64,000 bases of DNA from the NCBI GenBank assembly GCA_963827165.1, contig CAWGZR010000004.1, forward strand, positions 192,001-256,000, read 5' to 3'. The DNA comes from Candidatus Bathyarchaeota archaeon (GTDB lineage Archaea > Thermoproteota > Bathyarchaeia > Bathyarchaeales > Bathycorpusculaceae). A program made the position numbers and the translations under genes. The notes under the pieces were generated by a model, which had not been told where the DNA came from, made no database searches, and worked only from the letters and a program-made list of their open reading frames with translations. Of the stretch, positions 1-10,105 are shown in pieces (positions within the stretch are counted from its first letter, which is position 1; each line of letters starts with the position of its first letter).

Positions 1-138
1 TAATAAACCAAAAAGTGAACTCTTGGGCCTCTTGTAATAAGGCAACTTTTCCTTCGCAGCTTGGTGCTGGGTGCATTCCAGACATTTTCCCCGTCTAACG
101 CACTTCTTCTTAGGGCAAGGACAATCTTCCCTTAGCAT
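1..138 (-). CDS. small Cys-rich protein (DUF6485-like), 3' end outside window
   Basis: Own translation from ATG at 138: MLREDCPCPKKKCVRRGKCLECTQHQAAKEKLPYYKRPKSSLFGLL; CPC..C.R.G.C..C..LP pattern; overlaps the cbiB stop. Confidence 0.55.
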   Translation of the reverse strand, partial: MLREDCPCPKKKCVRRGKCLECTQHQAAKEKLPYYKRPKSSLFGLL

Positions 139-1166
139 AATACTTGCATTGGATTAGTTCTGCATATATTTTTTTGGACGGGCACTAAAGTCCTAGTAGC
201 ATAAATCCTCAGGGCTAAAATTGGCAAAACTACAACCGCGCCGAAAAGGATTGCTGTCAAAGTCATTATTCTTAGTGCTCGGTCAATATGTTCAGCCGTG
301 ATGCCATGGTCGTCGCCCAAAGCGTAGTGTCCCGGCTTCTCAAGCTGCGTCTCCAAAGCGCCAGCCATCGCGGAGATAGTCCAACCTGCGTTCACACTGA
401 CGGTTTTTGATTTATCCCTCTTTAAAATGCGCCATGATTCCCGCCAGTTTTCGCCGAGCAGATAGGAGGCGGCAACCATCAGGTAGGCTGTCAATCTTGC
501 GGGAATGTAGTTGGTTATAGTGTCTAGGTTTGCACTGAACCATCCGATGTTGCGGTTTTCTTCGTTTTTGTAGCCGACCATCGAATCCAACGTGTTTATG
601 ACGCGGTAGGCGAATGCGCCTGCGACGCCAAAGATTGCGAAGAAGAAAAACGGCGCGGTTATACCGTCAGTTGTGCTTTCCGCAATGGATTCCACTGCAG
701 CTGAGGTGACTTGTTTTTCGTTCAGAGAATTTGGGTCTCGGCGAACGATGTAGGGCAGCCACCGTCGGGCTTCCGCCAAATCATTCTTTTTCAATGCGGT
801 CGCGATTGGTTTGGTGTATTGGCCCATGCCTCTTATTGCAAAAGTTGCCTTGAACAAAATTGCGCCGACGACGATGTAGGCTATTTGACCATAGAAACCG
901 AAAGATTGTCTAACCCAGAAAAGAAGCATAAAAACCGGCAAAGCAACAACAAGCATAACGGTTAAGGCGAGTAGGACGCCGTTTGCTTTTTCAGTTTTGG
1001 GGTTTGGGCTTTTCAGTTTGGGTTTAAGGTAGCTGATGAGTTTGCCTATGCCGATTGTGGGGTGTATCTTGTCGGGGTATTCTCCGAACACCATATCAAT
1101 CAAAAACGCTAAGATGAAAATCAGGATGGAATCAACAAAAAGTGACAGGTCAAAAGAAAGAAACAT
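132..1166 (-). CDS. cbiB: adenosylcobinamide-phosphate synthase CbiB
   Basis: Membrane protein with HPTIGIG, AVESIAES.DG, YRVINTLDSMVGYK, NYIPARLT, NAGW motifs. Confidence 0.92.
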   Translation of the reverse strand: MFLSFDLSLFVDSILIFILAFLIDMVFGEYPDKIHPTIGIGKLISYLKPKLKSPNPKTEKANGVLLALTVMLVVALPVFMLLFWVRQSFGFYGQIAYIVVGAILFKATFAIRGMGQYTKPIATALKKNDLAEARRWLPYIVRRDPNSLNEKQVTSAAVESIAESTTDGITAPFFFFAIFGVAGAFAYRVINTLDSMVGYKNEENRNIGWFSANLDTITNYIPARLTAYLMVAASYLLGENWRESWRILKRDKSKTVSVNAGWTISAMAGALETQLEKPGHYALGDDHGITAEHIDRALRIMTLTAILFGAVVVLPILALRIYATRTLVPVQKNICRTNPMQVLC

Positions 1167-1185
1167 GCTTAGCGATCAAACCCAT

Positions 1186-2346
1186 TCATTGCTGATTCTT
1201 CACTATCCGCTTTAAAGCCTCAATCAAACGTTCATTTTCAGAATGAGTCTTGACAGCCACACGAATAAAGTACCCATCAAGCCCTCGGAAAGACGTACAG
1301 TCCCGAATAAGAATTCCCTGTGCAAGTAACTTTGTGGCAAGTTCTTTCGCCGTGAAAAGTGAATTGCGGATGTCTATGAAGAAAAAGTTAGCGTCTGCCG
1401 GATAAACCTTGAAACCACCGAATTTTTCCAACTCTGCCGGAAGCAACGCTTTCTCTTTTTTGATTAGCTCACGAGTCACCCTCAGATGCTCATCGTCCTT
1501 TAGTGCTGCGACGGCGGCAACCTGCGCCAAACAGTTAACGTTCCAAGGAATCTTGGCGCAAGAAAGCACACCGATTATCTCTTCGCTTGCGATGCCGTAG
1601 CCTACACGCAACCCAGTCAACCCAAAAATCTTTGTAAAGGAACGCAGAATAAACAGGTTAGGGTAGCGCTGGATTTCGCCTATGAGCGATAATGTTTTTT
1701 CGTTTTCTACAAATTCCAAGAAGTCCTCATCGAGGAAAACAAGCGTATCCTGATCCATTGCCTTCTCAACGATGTCGGTTAGGGTTTGGTTTGGGATAAG
1801 AATACTTGTCGGGTTGTTGGGGTTGCATAAGAAAACAATTTTGGCGCCGACCATATCCCTAATAAAGGCTTCTTTGTCAACGTTGAAGTTTGCGTCAAGC
1901 TTGACGAATTTTGCCGACTCACCAGTCTTTCTAACAGCGCTCTCGTACTCGCCGAAAGTTGGCGCCGGAATCAGAGCAAATTCTCCTTTTCTCAGAAAAA
2001 CCTCGGCAAACAGGTACATAAGTTCCGTCGAGCCGTTCCCCACGACGACGTTGTTTTTGGTGATGCCGCTGAAGTGGCTCGCAATGGCTTGCCGAAGATC
2101 GGTTGAGTTTGTGTCTGGGTAAGCGGGAATTTCCGTGAAGCCCAGCTTTGCTGCTTCAAGCGCTTTTTTGCTTGGACCCAGAGGGTTCACGCTTGAGCTG
2201 AAATCCAAAATTTCCTCGCGTTTCAACCCGCTTTTGTAGGCCGCATCTAAAACCTCGCCGCCGTGTACGCATGGCTTGAGGTTTTTTATGTTGTCTCTGA
2301 TCAGGTTTTCAACGGGTTTCATCGGGGTTTCAAATCCTTCAGCCAA
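1186..2346 (-). CDS. cobD: L-threonine-O-3-phosphate decarboxylase (class II PLP enzyme, HisC-like)
   Basis: HGG, DFSSSVNPLG, CNPNNPT, SFTKIFGLTGLRVGY; directly upstream of cbiB. Confidence 0.85.
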   Translation of the reverse strand: MAEGFETPMKPVENLIRDNIKNLKPCVHGGEVLDAAYKSGLKREEILDFSSSVNPLGPSKKALEAAKLGFTEIPAYPDTNSTDLRQAIASHFSGITKNNVVVGNGSTELMYLFAEVFLRKGEFALIPAPTFGEYESAVRKTGESAKFVKLDANFNVDKEAFIRDMVGAKIVFLCNPNNPTSILIPNQTLTDIVEKAMDQDTLVFLDEDFLEFVENEKTLSLIGEIQRYPNLFILRSFTKIFGLTGLRVGYGIASEEIIGVLSCAKIPWNVNCLAQVAAVAALKDDEHLRVTRELIKKEKALLPAELEKFGGFKVYPADANFFFIDIRNSLFTAKELATKLLAQGILIRDCTSFRGLDGYFIRVAVKTHSENERLIEALKRIVKNQQ

Positions 2347-2474
2347 TCAGGGCTGAAATGCGTAGTTTTCTCTTCAGCATAAATCATATAAAGGTTTAGT
2401 TATATCCACCACAGAAAACAGGCAGTCCAAAAACTCAAATCAAGTCGGATAATTTCAAGAAAACAGCACAATAC

Positions 2475-2504
2475 TAATGTCTCATTTTTGAGAATAAGAC
2501 ATTA
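2475..2504. promoter_or_regulatory. 30-bp near-palindrome, candidate operator
   Basis: TAATGTCT-N14-AGACATTA with an inner TCTCA-N4-TGAGA, between divergent cobD and the dph5-ribL genes. Confidence 0.4.
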
Positions 2505-2574
2505 CCAAAACAGAATAATCATTACATTGTCTACGGTGGCTAATTGCCTCCAAAAAGAACATAAAACCTCTTAG

Positions 2575-2814
2575 TTGTACGCAAAGCTTTTTTTGCTCGT
2601 GGAAGAAAGAATACTAATGGGTTTTGGTTTTATGAGCGATGTGCAAGATAAGCATAACTTGGATTTGTTGAGGGAAATGGTCAATGAGAGGAAACGTGGC
2701 GAGTCCCCAGAGGAAGTTCTTTCTATATTCTGCGAACGTCAAGGACTCTCTATGGACACTTGCAGGGCCTATTACAAGAAGCTCGTCGAGAAAGGCGAAA
2801 TAAAAGAGAAATAA
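2575..2814 (+). CDS. small hypothetical protein (true start probably a downstream ATG)
   Basis: ORF co-oriented with and just upstream of dph5. Confidence 0.55.
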   Translation: MYAKLFLLVEERILMGFGFMSDVQDKHNLDLLREMVNERKRGESPEEVLSIFCERQGLSMDTCRAYYKKLVEKGEIKEK

Positions 2815-2855
2815 CGTTTAAGTTTTAAACCCTTATTAGCTTAGCAGGGCTCAGC

Positions 2856-3653
2856 TTGAAGGAACTTGTTTTCGTAGGCTTAGGGTTAAACGATGAAAAA
2901 GGCATAAGCGTCAATGGGTTAGAAGAAACGAAAATCGCAGACTCCGTTTTCATGGAAACATACACTAGCTTAATGCCTGACTTTAGCCTGCAACGGTTCG
3001 AAGACTTATGTGGCAAACAGGTGCATTTGGTTTCAAGACGTGAGCTTGAAGAAGAAAACGGATCTGCAATTCTGCAAGCAGCCAAACTGGGAAAAACTGT
3101 GTTCCTTGTCCCAGGCGATCCCTTTATCGCCACAACCCATGTCACTCTTAGAATTGACGCCGAAAAACAGGGAGTAAAAACTCGTATAGTTCACGGCGCA
3201 TCAATAATTTCGGCGATCGTTAGTCTGTCAGGGCTGCATAATTATAAGTTTGGAAAAACCGTCACCGTTCCGTTCCCAGAAAACTTTTCAGCGACACCCT
3301 ATGACGTCATCGTCCAAAACAAGAGGGTGGGATTGCACACTCTTTGCCTTCTGGATTTGAAAGCTCCCGAAAAGAAATTTCTAACAATTAAAGAAGCGGT
3401 AGGATTGCTGTCGAAGGTTGAAAAGAAAAAGGAACAGTGCGCTGTCACGCAAGATTCTCCCGTTCTCGGCGTGGCTCGGGCGGGAAGCAAGAGCCCAACT
3501 TTAAAGGCTGATTTCCTCAAGGACATCGTTGATTTTGATTTTGGTGACCCGCCATACAGCCTAATTTTTCCAGGCGACATGCATTTTATGGAGGTTGAGG
3601 CGTTGATTGCTTTTGCGGGTGCCCCTGCGAAGTTTAGGAGGCTTACCAAGTGA
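2856..3653 (+). CDS. dph5: diphthine synthase
   Basis: FVGLGL, ETYTS, PGDPFIATTH, GLHNYKFGKTVT, GLHTLCLLD motifs. Confidence 0.95.
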   Translation: MKELVFVGLGLNDEKGISVNGLEETKIADSVFMETYTSLMPDFSLQRFEDLCGKQVHLVSRRELEEENGSAILQAAKLGKTVFLVPGDPFIATTHVTLRIDAEKQGVKTRIVHGASIISAIVSLSGLHNYKFGKTVTVPFPENFSATPYDVIVQNKRVGLHTLCLLDLKAPEKKFLTIKEAVGLLSKVEKKKEQCAVTQDSPVLGVARAGSKSPTLKADFLKDIVDFDFGDPPYSLIFPGDMHFMEVEALIAFAGAPAKFRRLTK

Positions 3654-3937
3654 GTTCAGAGACACTTGCTACAAAATACATTGGCTCAGCAGAAAAGGTC
3701 TTCAAAGAATTGCAGCAGACAAAGTCGGCGGTAACGGTTTCGGAGGCGGATACAGCGAAGGTTTTGAGTTGGGCAGCTGACTATTTGGAGGACGCAAAGT
3801 ATTATAAGGTTCAAGGAAAATTTGAAACAAGCTTAACCTCGGTAGCTTACTGCGAAGGGCTCCTTGACGCGTTAAGGTTGCTAGGCGCTGTGAAATTCGA
3901 ATGGCCGACCAGTCAAGAAAGAAAAAAGTTATCTTAG
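3650..3937 (+). CDS. DUF357 domain protein
   Basis: AxDYLEDAKYY...YCEGLLDALRLLG pattern; usual dph5 neighbour. Confidence 0.8.
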   Translation: MSSETLATKYIGSAEKVFKELQQTKSAVTVSEADTAKVLSWAADYLEDAKYYKVQGKFETSLTSVAYCEGLLDALRLLGAVKFEWPTSQERKKLS

Positions 3938-4362
3938 CTTCAGGTGTGTTTGACCTACTTCATCTGGGGCACGTCAGATTTTTAGAGGAAGCTAAAAAGG
4001 CAGGTGGAAAGGACGCCGAGCTGACTGTGGTTGTTGCAAGGGACAGCACAGTTGAGAAAACCAAGGGCAGAAAACCTATAATGTCTGAGAATGAACGCTG
4101 CCTGCTGGTCGAATCCTTGAAAGTGGTCGATAAAGCAGTGCTTGGATACGAGAAATTTGACATCGCCGAAATCATTGGGGACATCAACCCAGACGTGATC
4201 GCGTTAGGGTATGATCAGCAGGACATGATAAAGCAGGTGCAGGATTACATAAAAAAGCACAATTCGAAGGTTAAGGTTGTCAGGATTGGCAAGTTTGGGG
4301 AGAATACTTTAGATAGTTCATCAAAGATTAAGCAAGAAATAATCAACAAGCTTTCAACTTAA
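3901..4362 (+). CDS. ribL: archaeal FAD synthase (cytidylyltransferase family)
   Basis: ASGVFDLLHLGH HxGH motif, VARD, PDVIALGYDQ, SSSKIK. Confidence 0.88.
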   Translation: MADQSRKKKVILASGVFDLLHLGHVRFLEEAKKAGGKDAELTVVVARDSTVEKTKGRKPIMSENERCLLVESLKVVDKAVLGYEKFDIAEIIGDINPDVIALGYDQQDMIKQVQDYIKKHNSKVKVVRIGKFGENTLDSSSKIKQEIINKLST

Positions 4363-4376
4363 GTTTGGTTTAACCG

Positions 4377-4985
4377 ATGAACAGCGAGAAGTATAAGCCG
4401 ACAATTATTCTAATCGCCCTCAACACCGCGATGTACATTTACACGTCCATAGTCGGCGGAAACGCCTTGACCACAAACCTGGCAGGCATCCCACCACTCT
4501 ACCAATGGAACATGGAGGTGTTGCACGGCTCGTATTACCAGCTTTTCACGTCAATGTTCATACACGCTTCAATTCCCCACTTAGTTGGCAACATGCTTTT
4601 CCTATTCATCTTCGGCTTAAGAGCAGAAGAAATGTTTTCGCTTCCTGAATACTTGGGAATCTACCTTGTCGGAGGCTTTGTGGGTAACGTTTTGTCGCTG
4701 GCGTTTGGACCCAATTTTCTTTCCGTCGGGGCTTCAGGCGCAATCTTCGCGCTTTTCGGCGCATGCGTAATTTACGATCGGCATTCTGTCCGGCAATCTA
4801 TCGTTGGGGCGCTTATCTACGCGTTTTTCCTGCTTATTATCAGCGGGTTTAGTACGGGAGTAAATGATTTGGCTCATCTCGGCGGCTTAGGCTTCGGCTT
4901 AGTGGTTGGATACTGGATCGCGACAAGACGCAAACCGCTGCAGGAATATAACGTCAAGTACAAGCATCCCCTATACCCGTTCTAG
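4377..4985 (+). CDS. rhomboid family intramembrane serine protease
   Basis: HLVGNM, GASGA catalytic Ser motif, AHLGG catalytic His. Confidence 0.92.
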   Translation: MNSEKYKPTIILIALNTAMYIYTSIVGGNALTTNLAGIPPLYQWNMEVLHGSYYQLFTSMFIHASIPHLVGNMLFLFIFGLRAEEMFSLPEYLGIYLVGGFVGNVLSLAFGPNFLSVGASGAIFALFGACVIYDRHSVRQSIVGALIYAFFLLIISGFSTGVNDLAHLGGLGFGLVVGYWIATRRKPLQEYNVKYKHPLYPF

Positions 4986-5381
4986 CCGACTGTGAAAAAT
5001 AAATTTTCAAATGTTGAAAAACATGTTTTAGGGAATTTTAGCCGACGCATCTAAAACAGGCGCCTTAACGGATGAAAGGTTTTTTGGTTTCCTCTGCCGT
5101 TTCAATAAAGCAGCCTTCTTACTGCGTTTAGTATTTGTTTTTCTTTTGAAAACTGTTCCGTGAGTATTTTGATACAGCTTATTTCCTTTATTTCTCAAGA
5201 TATTCTCCTCGGTTAATTCAACTTTTATTTAGTATAGTAACATGATTATTTGAGCATGCCTATTGTTTCGTCGAGAAAATGAACATAAAAATTCAAGTTT
5301 AGGGATTTGCACGAAAATCAAGAATATCACATTACGCCAAATCCGAACTGCAGCACTTCCAAAAAACCCAGTTTTCATTAC

Positions 5382-6068
5382 TTATTCCATTGAGATTTCC
5401 ACTTTCACTTTGGTTCCATCTTTGAGACTTAGCTGTTTTCTCAGGCAGACTGGCGCGATGATTTCCAACACGGAAACATCATAGTGACTGCGCAACGCTG
5501 TTACAAGGGCACCTTTGACTTTGTTGTCGATCACAGCGGGGTAACATTTCACCAGTCCGAAGGAGCGGTCTTCGTTTTTGAAACCTGTTACTTCGACGGC
5601 TGGGTACGCTTCCAGCTCCATTCGAGTTTTAATATCATAGTCCGCCGTTAGCTTAAGGTTAAGAGTACCTGGGTAAGGGTCAAAACCCAGCTTCTGGGCG
5701 AATTGTTCTCGATAAAGTGTCTTGGAAATGTAGTATGCTCCTTCTCCGAGCCCGGTGAAGACGGTTCCCTCCAAAGTTAAAGAGGGCGGGTATGATTTTT
5801 CAACCAGAAACTTTAGACTGGAATAGAGTTTCTGCAGCTCCTTAGCCCCCGATTCTTCAATCCGGATTAAGCTTCCATCAGGGGTGATGTTGCGTGAAAT
5901 CCAGCCTTTGCGTTCAAGCTCGATGAGGTACCGGGAAGCGGTTTGCTGACTAAAACCAAGTTTGCCCGCTAAGTATTCGGTTGAGATTTTGGCGGTTCGA
6001 CGGTAAGCACCCATCTCCGCAAGCTTAAGAAGCATGTAGAGGTGCTGCCAATCCTGCTTTTCACTCAA
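5382..6068 (-). CDS. ribK: CTP-dependent riboflavin kinase with N-terminal HTH (RbkR-type)
   Basis: wHTH SQQTASRYL followed by GLGEGAYY, GFDPYPGTLN, LEIIAP. Confidence 0.92.
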   Translation of the reverse strand: MSEKQDWQHLYMLLKLAEMGAYRRTAKISTEYLAGKLGFSQQTASRYLIELERKGWISRNITPDGSLIRIEESGAKELQKLYSSLKFLVEKSYPPSLTLEGTVFTGLGEGAYYISKTLYREQFAQKLGFDPYPGTLNLKLTADYDIKTRMELEAYPAVEVTGFKNEDRSFGLVKCYPAVIDNKVKGALVTALRSHYDVSVLEIIAPVCLRKQLSLKDGTKVKVEISME

Positions 6069-6218
6069 AGCTGCATTCTCCAGCAGATTAGAAAGTAAGC
6101 GATAAGGATATTTAAGCGCCTCGAAAAATCTTTTAAACGCTCAGCGTCGAACCGTGAAAAGCTAAATTCAAGCAAAAGGTAATTTACCCAACAATTTAAA
6201 TAAAATTGGAGACGAATC

Positions 6219-6947
6219 TTGAACGTTTTTGACCAGATGGGCGTTTATTGGGCGGAGATAGCAGACAAAAATCCGACTCAAATGCAAACTCAATTCATAA
6301 GAGAAACCTTGAAGACCCAAGGACTGATTTTGGACCTTGCCTGCGGAACTGGAAGGCATATGATTACCCTTAGCAAAGAAGGATACGACGTAGTCGGTTT
6401 GGACATTTCGCTGAATCTTCTTAAAATAGCAAAAACCCGACTGAGCGGCATCCCGGTGGTAAGAGCTGACATGCGACACCTGCCGTTTAGACAGCAGATG
6501 TTCGCTGCCGCCACGAGCATGGATACGAGCTTTGGTTATTTGGTTGCTGAAGAAGATGACCTGCAAAGTTTAATGGAACTCCGAAAAACCCTGAAGCTCA
6601 ACGGCACATTGATTATTGACGTTTTCAATAGGGAACAGCTGATGCAAAAATACACTGACAAAAGCCCCGTCAATCCCAAAGAGCGAGAGTACCCGAGTTT
6701 TTTTCTTTTGCAGAAACGAACTGTCGACAAGAACGGCTCAAGGCTACGTGACCTATGGATAGTTCGTAACAAGACGGACGGGAAAATTAGGGTTTTTACG
6801 CATGTTGTCCGTCTATATTCGCTAAAAGTTTTGCAGACTTTACTCGAAAAGGGTGACTTCAGGGTTGAGGGGATTTATGGAGATTACAATAGGCAAAAGT
6901 TCAGCCCTGAATCTAACAGGCTAATCTTGGTTACATCTGCAAAATGA
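6219..6947 (+). CDS. class I SAM-dependent methyltransferase
   Basis: LDLACGTGRH, GLDIS, ADMRHLPF. Confidence 0.88.
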   Translation: MNVFDQMGVYWAEIADKNPTQMQTQFIRETLKTQGLILDLACGTGRHMITLSKEGYDVVGLDISLNLLKIAKTRLSGIPVVRADMRHLPFRQQMFAAATSMDTSFGYLVAEEDDLQSLMELRKTLKLNGTLIIDVFNREQLMQKYTDKSPVNPKEREYPSFFLLQKRTVDKNGSRLRDLWIVRNKTDGKIRVFTHVVRLYSLKVLQTLLEKGDFRVEGIYGDYNRQKFSPESNRLILVTSAK

Positions 6948-6963
6948 AGTCTACCAGCAAGAA

Positions 6964-7578
6964 CTAGCTTGTTAGGAACGGGTTGACTCTTTTTTCTTCT
7001 CCAATTATCGATGTTGATCCGTGACCTGGATAAATCAAAAAGTTCTCAGGCAAACTCTGAAGTTTTTGCAGAGATGACCGCATGTCAATGTCGGAGCCTC
7101 CTGGAAAATCGGTTCTGCCAATCCCGCCTGCAAACAAAGTGTCACCTGTGAAAACCAACCTGTCACCGAGAAGGCAAATGCTCCCGGGAGTATGCCCAGG
7201 TGTATGCATTACTTTCAGGGACTCATTGCCGAAATCTATCAAGCTGCCGTCGTCCAAGAGGACGGTCTGCGGGAAATTCGCGTTTTCCAGCACGGCCAAG
7301 CAAGCCGCATCTAAACGGTGGATGTAAATAGGCACGTTGTATTTTTCTTGGAATATTGCGTCGCCGTTAATGTGATCGGAGTGACCATGAGTGTTCACAA
7401 TCATCTTCACTTTCAGTGATCCTTCTTCTATGTAATCGAAAATTTGGTCAGCCTCAAAAATAAGATCTAACCCCGGATCAATTACGATTGCGTCTTTTGT
7501 CTGTCGGGAGCTAGCGACATAGCAGTTTGTCGATAAGCCGCCAACCGTGAACGTCTCAATAAGCATATAAACCAACAA
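6964..7578 (-). CDS. MBL-fold metallo-hydrolase (glyoxalase II-like)
   Basis: THGHSDHING, HTPGHTPG, FTGDTLF, PGHG. Confidence 0.92.
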   Translation of the reverse strand: MLVYMLIETFTVGGLSTNCYVASSRQTKDAIVIDPGLDLIFEADQIFDYIEEGSLKVKMIVNTHGHSDHINGDAIFQEKYNVPIYIHRLDAACLAVLENANFPQTVLLDDGSLIDFGNESLKVMHTPGHTPGSICLLGDRLVFTGDTLFAGGIGRTDFPGGSDIDMRSSLQKLQSLPENFLIYPGHGSTSIIGEEKRVNPFLTS

Positions 7579-7669
7579 TTCGAGTAATGCGGAAAGGCGA
7601 AATAAACCATTTGCTCAAAAACAGACGCTAAATGACAAAAAATGTAAAATCAAGATTTTTCTGGGTGTT

Positions 7670-7918
7670 TTAAGCGTCGATGCCTGCCTGGAACCCTGTG
7701 ATTTTTATAGTGCTATTGCATTTGCCGCATGAAATGACTAATTCTGCAAGTTCATCGTTCACAACTTTTGTATCTACGATTTTATAGTTGGACTCAGATT
7801 CATCGTCTGGCGAAATCATTGTCCCGCATTTTGGGCATGCAAAAGCGCCATCTCCTTCAAGAGCAACTAGGTTTATCGTGTAGGCGAAACTTTTTTTGTC
7901 CAGCTTTTTCATCATCAT
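7670..7918 (-). CDS. small zinc-ribbon protein
   Basis: CPKCG and CGKC pairs. Confidence 0.7.
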   Translation of the reverse strand: MMMKKLDKKSFAYTINLVALEGDGAFACPKCGTMISPDDESESNYKIVDTKVVNDELAELVISCGKCNSTIKITGFQAGIDA

Positions 7919-8070
7919 TTTACTTCACTCTTTTTTTCCTTTTTTATCTGTGTTCTTTTTCCTTGTTTTTCTTAATTAACCGTTATGAATTTCTAGTCTG
8001 TATACAGGATACTTTTAAGATTTTACCCAAAAAAGGGGACAACCGCTTGTTCGTCTGCACTTAGGAGAGC

Positions 8071-9975
8071 CTACTTAGGTTTTTCCTTCTCAAAGTTCTC
8101 GGGGGAAATGTAGTCGCCGAATTTCTTTTGGGCTTCAAGTAAACGTTGCCGTTGCAAGTACAAGATACCGAAAAGCTCCAGCGGTGTGTCGGTGACATTT
8201 TCCTGGTAGAAACGTGAGACACGATCGATCTTCGCCAAGTTTTCTGGTACACGGATCGCGAATTGCTTAACATAATCCTCTTTAGAGTAGTTTTTGTTTA
8301 AAACCTGTTTAAACAACTTCTGCAAGTCCTCGTACTTCGGGATGAATCCAGTTGGAGTTTCTAAAGCGTCCACTTCGCTGTGTACTCTTTGCTCCATCCA
8401 TTTTATCCAAACATGCTTGTCCTGGGTGCCGTTAAGGTACTTGCCGTTTCCGACTTCTTTTAGGAAATAGTTAACTCCGAAGATAATCGGTTGTTTCTTA
8501 AGTTTGCGGCCGAAGCCCAGGTTATTGTGGACGTTTTTTCCCAGCGGGATCGAGATGAAGTCCTGTATGCTCATCATGTTGATTTCGGGAATTCCTTCTT
8601 TGCCCACTGTTGCGAACGTAGTTACTGTTTCGAGTGAAGCCCCGTAAGCGATAATACCGTGTTCCCAGCTGAAGCTTTGCTGAACAGGCACGTAAGCCTT
8701 GTAGTCACGCCCACCGTACATTATGCCGCCGACTTCGATTCCAATTGGATTATGAAGCTCCGTGTCACAATTCTTCAACGCTTTAAGCGCCAAAGTGTAA
8801 CGAGCGTTCTTGTTGGCGGGTGGAATATCGCCGCCGCTCTCGTCTTTTTTGCCGTCAAACCATGCACCCGTGTAGTTGCAGCCGTCTTTAGGTAGCTCTC
8901 GCCCCATGCCCAGCCAGTAGGGTTTTCCATCTTTAACCAGCACGTTTGAAAATATGATTTCCCCGGGGCTGGTGAGCAACTGGTAGATTAAGGCGTCATC
9001 TTTGGGGTTCACGTCCTGAATGATTCCGAAGATACCTGACTCAACATTAACAGCGTGAGCCACCGCATCAATATCTCTGATGTAGGCGATGTCGTCTCCA
9101 AGGATCGTTTCTCCCGGAAGCATAGCGGTTGATGTTTTTCCGCAAGCACTCGGGAACGCTCCTGCAAAATAGGTTTTGCGTCCACCGGGACCTTGCACAC
9201 CCATTAACAGCATGTGTTCAGCCAACCACCCTTCGCTGCTCGCCTTGCGTATGGCTAAACGAAAAGCCAATTTTTTGAAACCCACGGAGTTTCCAGCGTA
9301 TTGGGTGTTGACGCTGTAGATGGTGTTGTCCATGTGGTCTATGTAGACGCATTTTTTGTCGTGATAGATACTTATCATGTCGCCGTTGAGTTGCCCCGCA
9401 GAGTGAACAACACGAAGGAAATCGCTTTTTGGACCTGCCTTCACGAACTGATCATATCCAGAACGGTAAAGGAGACTTTCGGAGTGGGCGACATACCATG
9501 AGTCGGTGCATTGTAAACCGAGAATTGTGAAGATTGAATCTTGAGGACCTAAGGATATGAAACGGACAATCATTGTTTTGTCTTTCATAGAATCCCGAAG
9601 TACAGACCTGACCTCAGCTAATCCTTCTTGACGATCCATCTGGTTGAGCGCTTTGCTCAATACGACACCTTTGGGAACAAGGTACTTGGTGGCTTGGCGG
9701 TCTCGTCCTTGGTCGTATTCGCCATCAAAATGTACAGTGTGCCCCGGCAAGGTTAAGATTGCCTGTTCTTCTCCAGAAGATATCGCTTGTTTGCGGACGT
9801 GGGCAATGTCTTCGGCTGAGTCGCTGCAGATGAAGATTTCTTTTGGTTGGCAAAGGTCGCTTTCCTTAGCTATGAACTCGTGTACGTTCGGGTTGTTGAT
9901 TGTGCTTAGTTTTTTGAAATCTGACTCGCTGAGCAGGGGCTGAAGCGCTTCAAGATAAGGATTCATTATGGCCAT
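8071..9975 (-). CDS. pckG: phosphoenolpyruvate carboxykinase (GTP)
   Basis: YAGNSVGFKK, GWLAEHM, FPSACGKTS, GDDIA, NARY, GVNYF. Confidence 0.95.
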   Translation of the reverse strand: MAIMNPYLEALQPLLSESDFKKLSTINNPNVHEFIAKESDLCQPKEIFICSDSAEDIAHVRKQAISSGEEQAILTLPGHTVHFDGEYDQGRDRQATKYLVPKGVVLSKALNQMDRQEGLAEVRSVLRDSMKDKTMIVRFISLGPQDSIFTILGLQCTDSWYVAHSESLLYRSGYDQFVKAGPKSDFLRVVHSAGQLNGDMISIYHDKKCVYIDHMDNTIYSVNTQYAGNSVGFKKLAFRLAIRKASSEGWLAEHMLLMGVQGPGGRKTYFAGAFPSACGKTSTAMLPGETILGDDIAYIRDIDAVAHAVNVESGIFGIIQDVNPKDDALIYQLLTSPGEIIFSNVLVKDGKPYWLGMGRELPKDGCNYTGAWFDGKKDESGGDIPPANKNARYTLALKALKNCDTELHNPIGIEVGGIMYGGRDYKAYVPVQQSFSWEHGIIAYGASLETVTTFATVGKEGIPEINMMSIQDFISIPLGKNVHNNLGFGRKLKKQPIIFGVNYFLKEVGNGKYLNGTQDKHVWIKWMEQRVHSEVDALETPTGFIPKYEDLQKLFKQVLNKNYSKEDYVKQFAIRVPENLAKIDRVSRFYQENVTDTPLELFGILYLQRQRLLEAQKKFGDYISPENFEKEKPK

Positions 9976-10105
9976 TTTCGTTCAATCTCCAACAATTGCG
10001 TTAATGTTTTCCTTTCTGAAACTTGCGTAAGTAAAGATAAACTTTTCGCAATTAAAAGAAAAGTTGAGGATTGTATAGTTCACGATTGCATTTCTTTACA
10101 TTATA

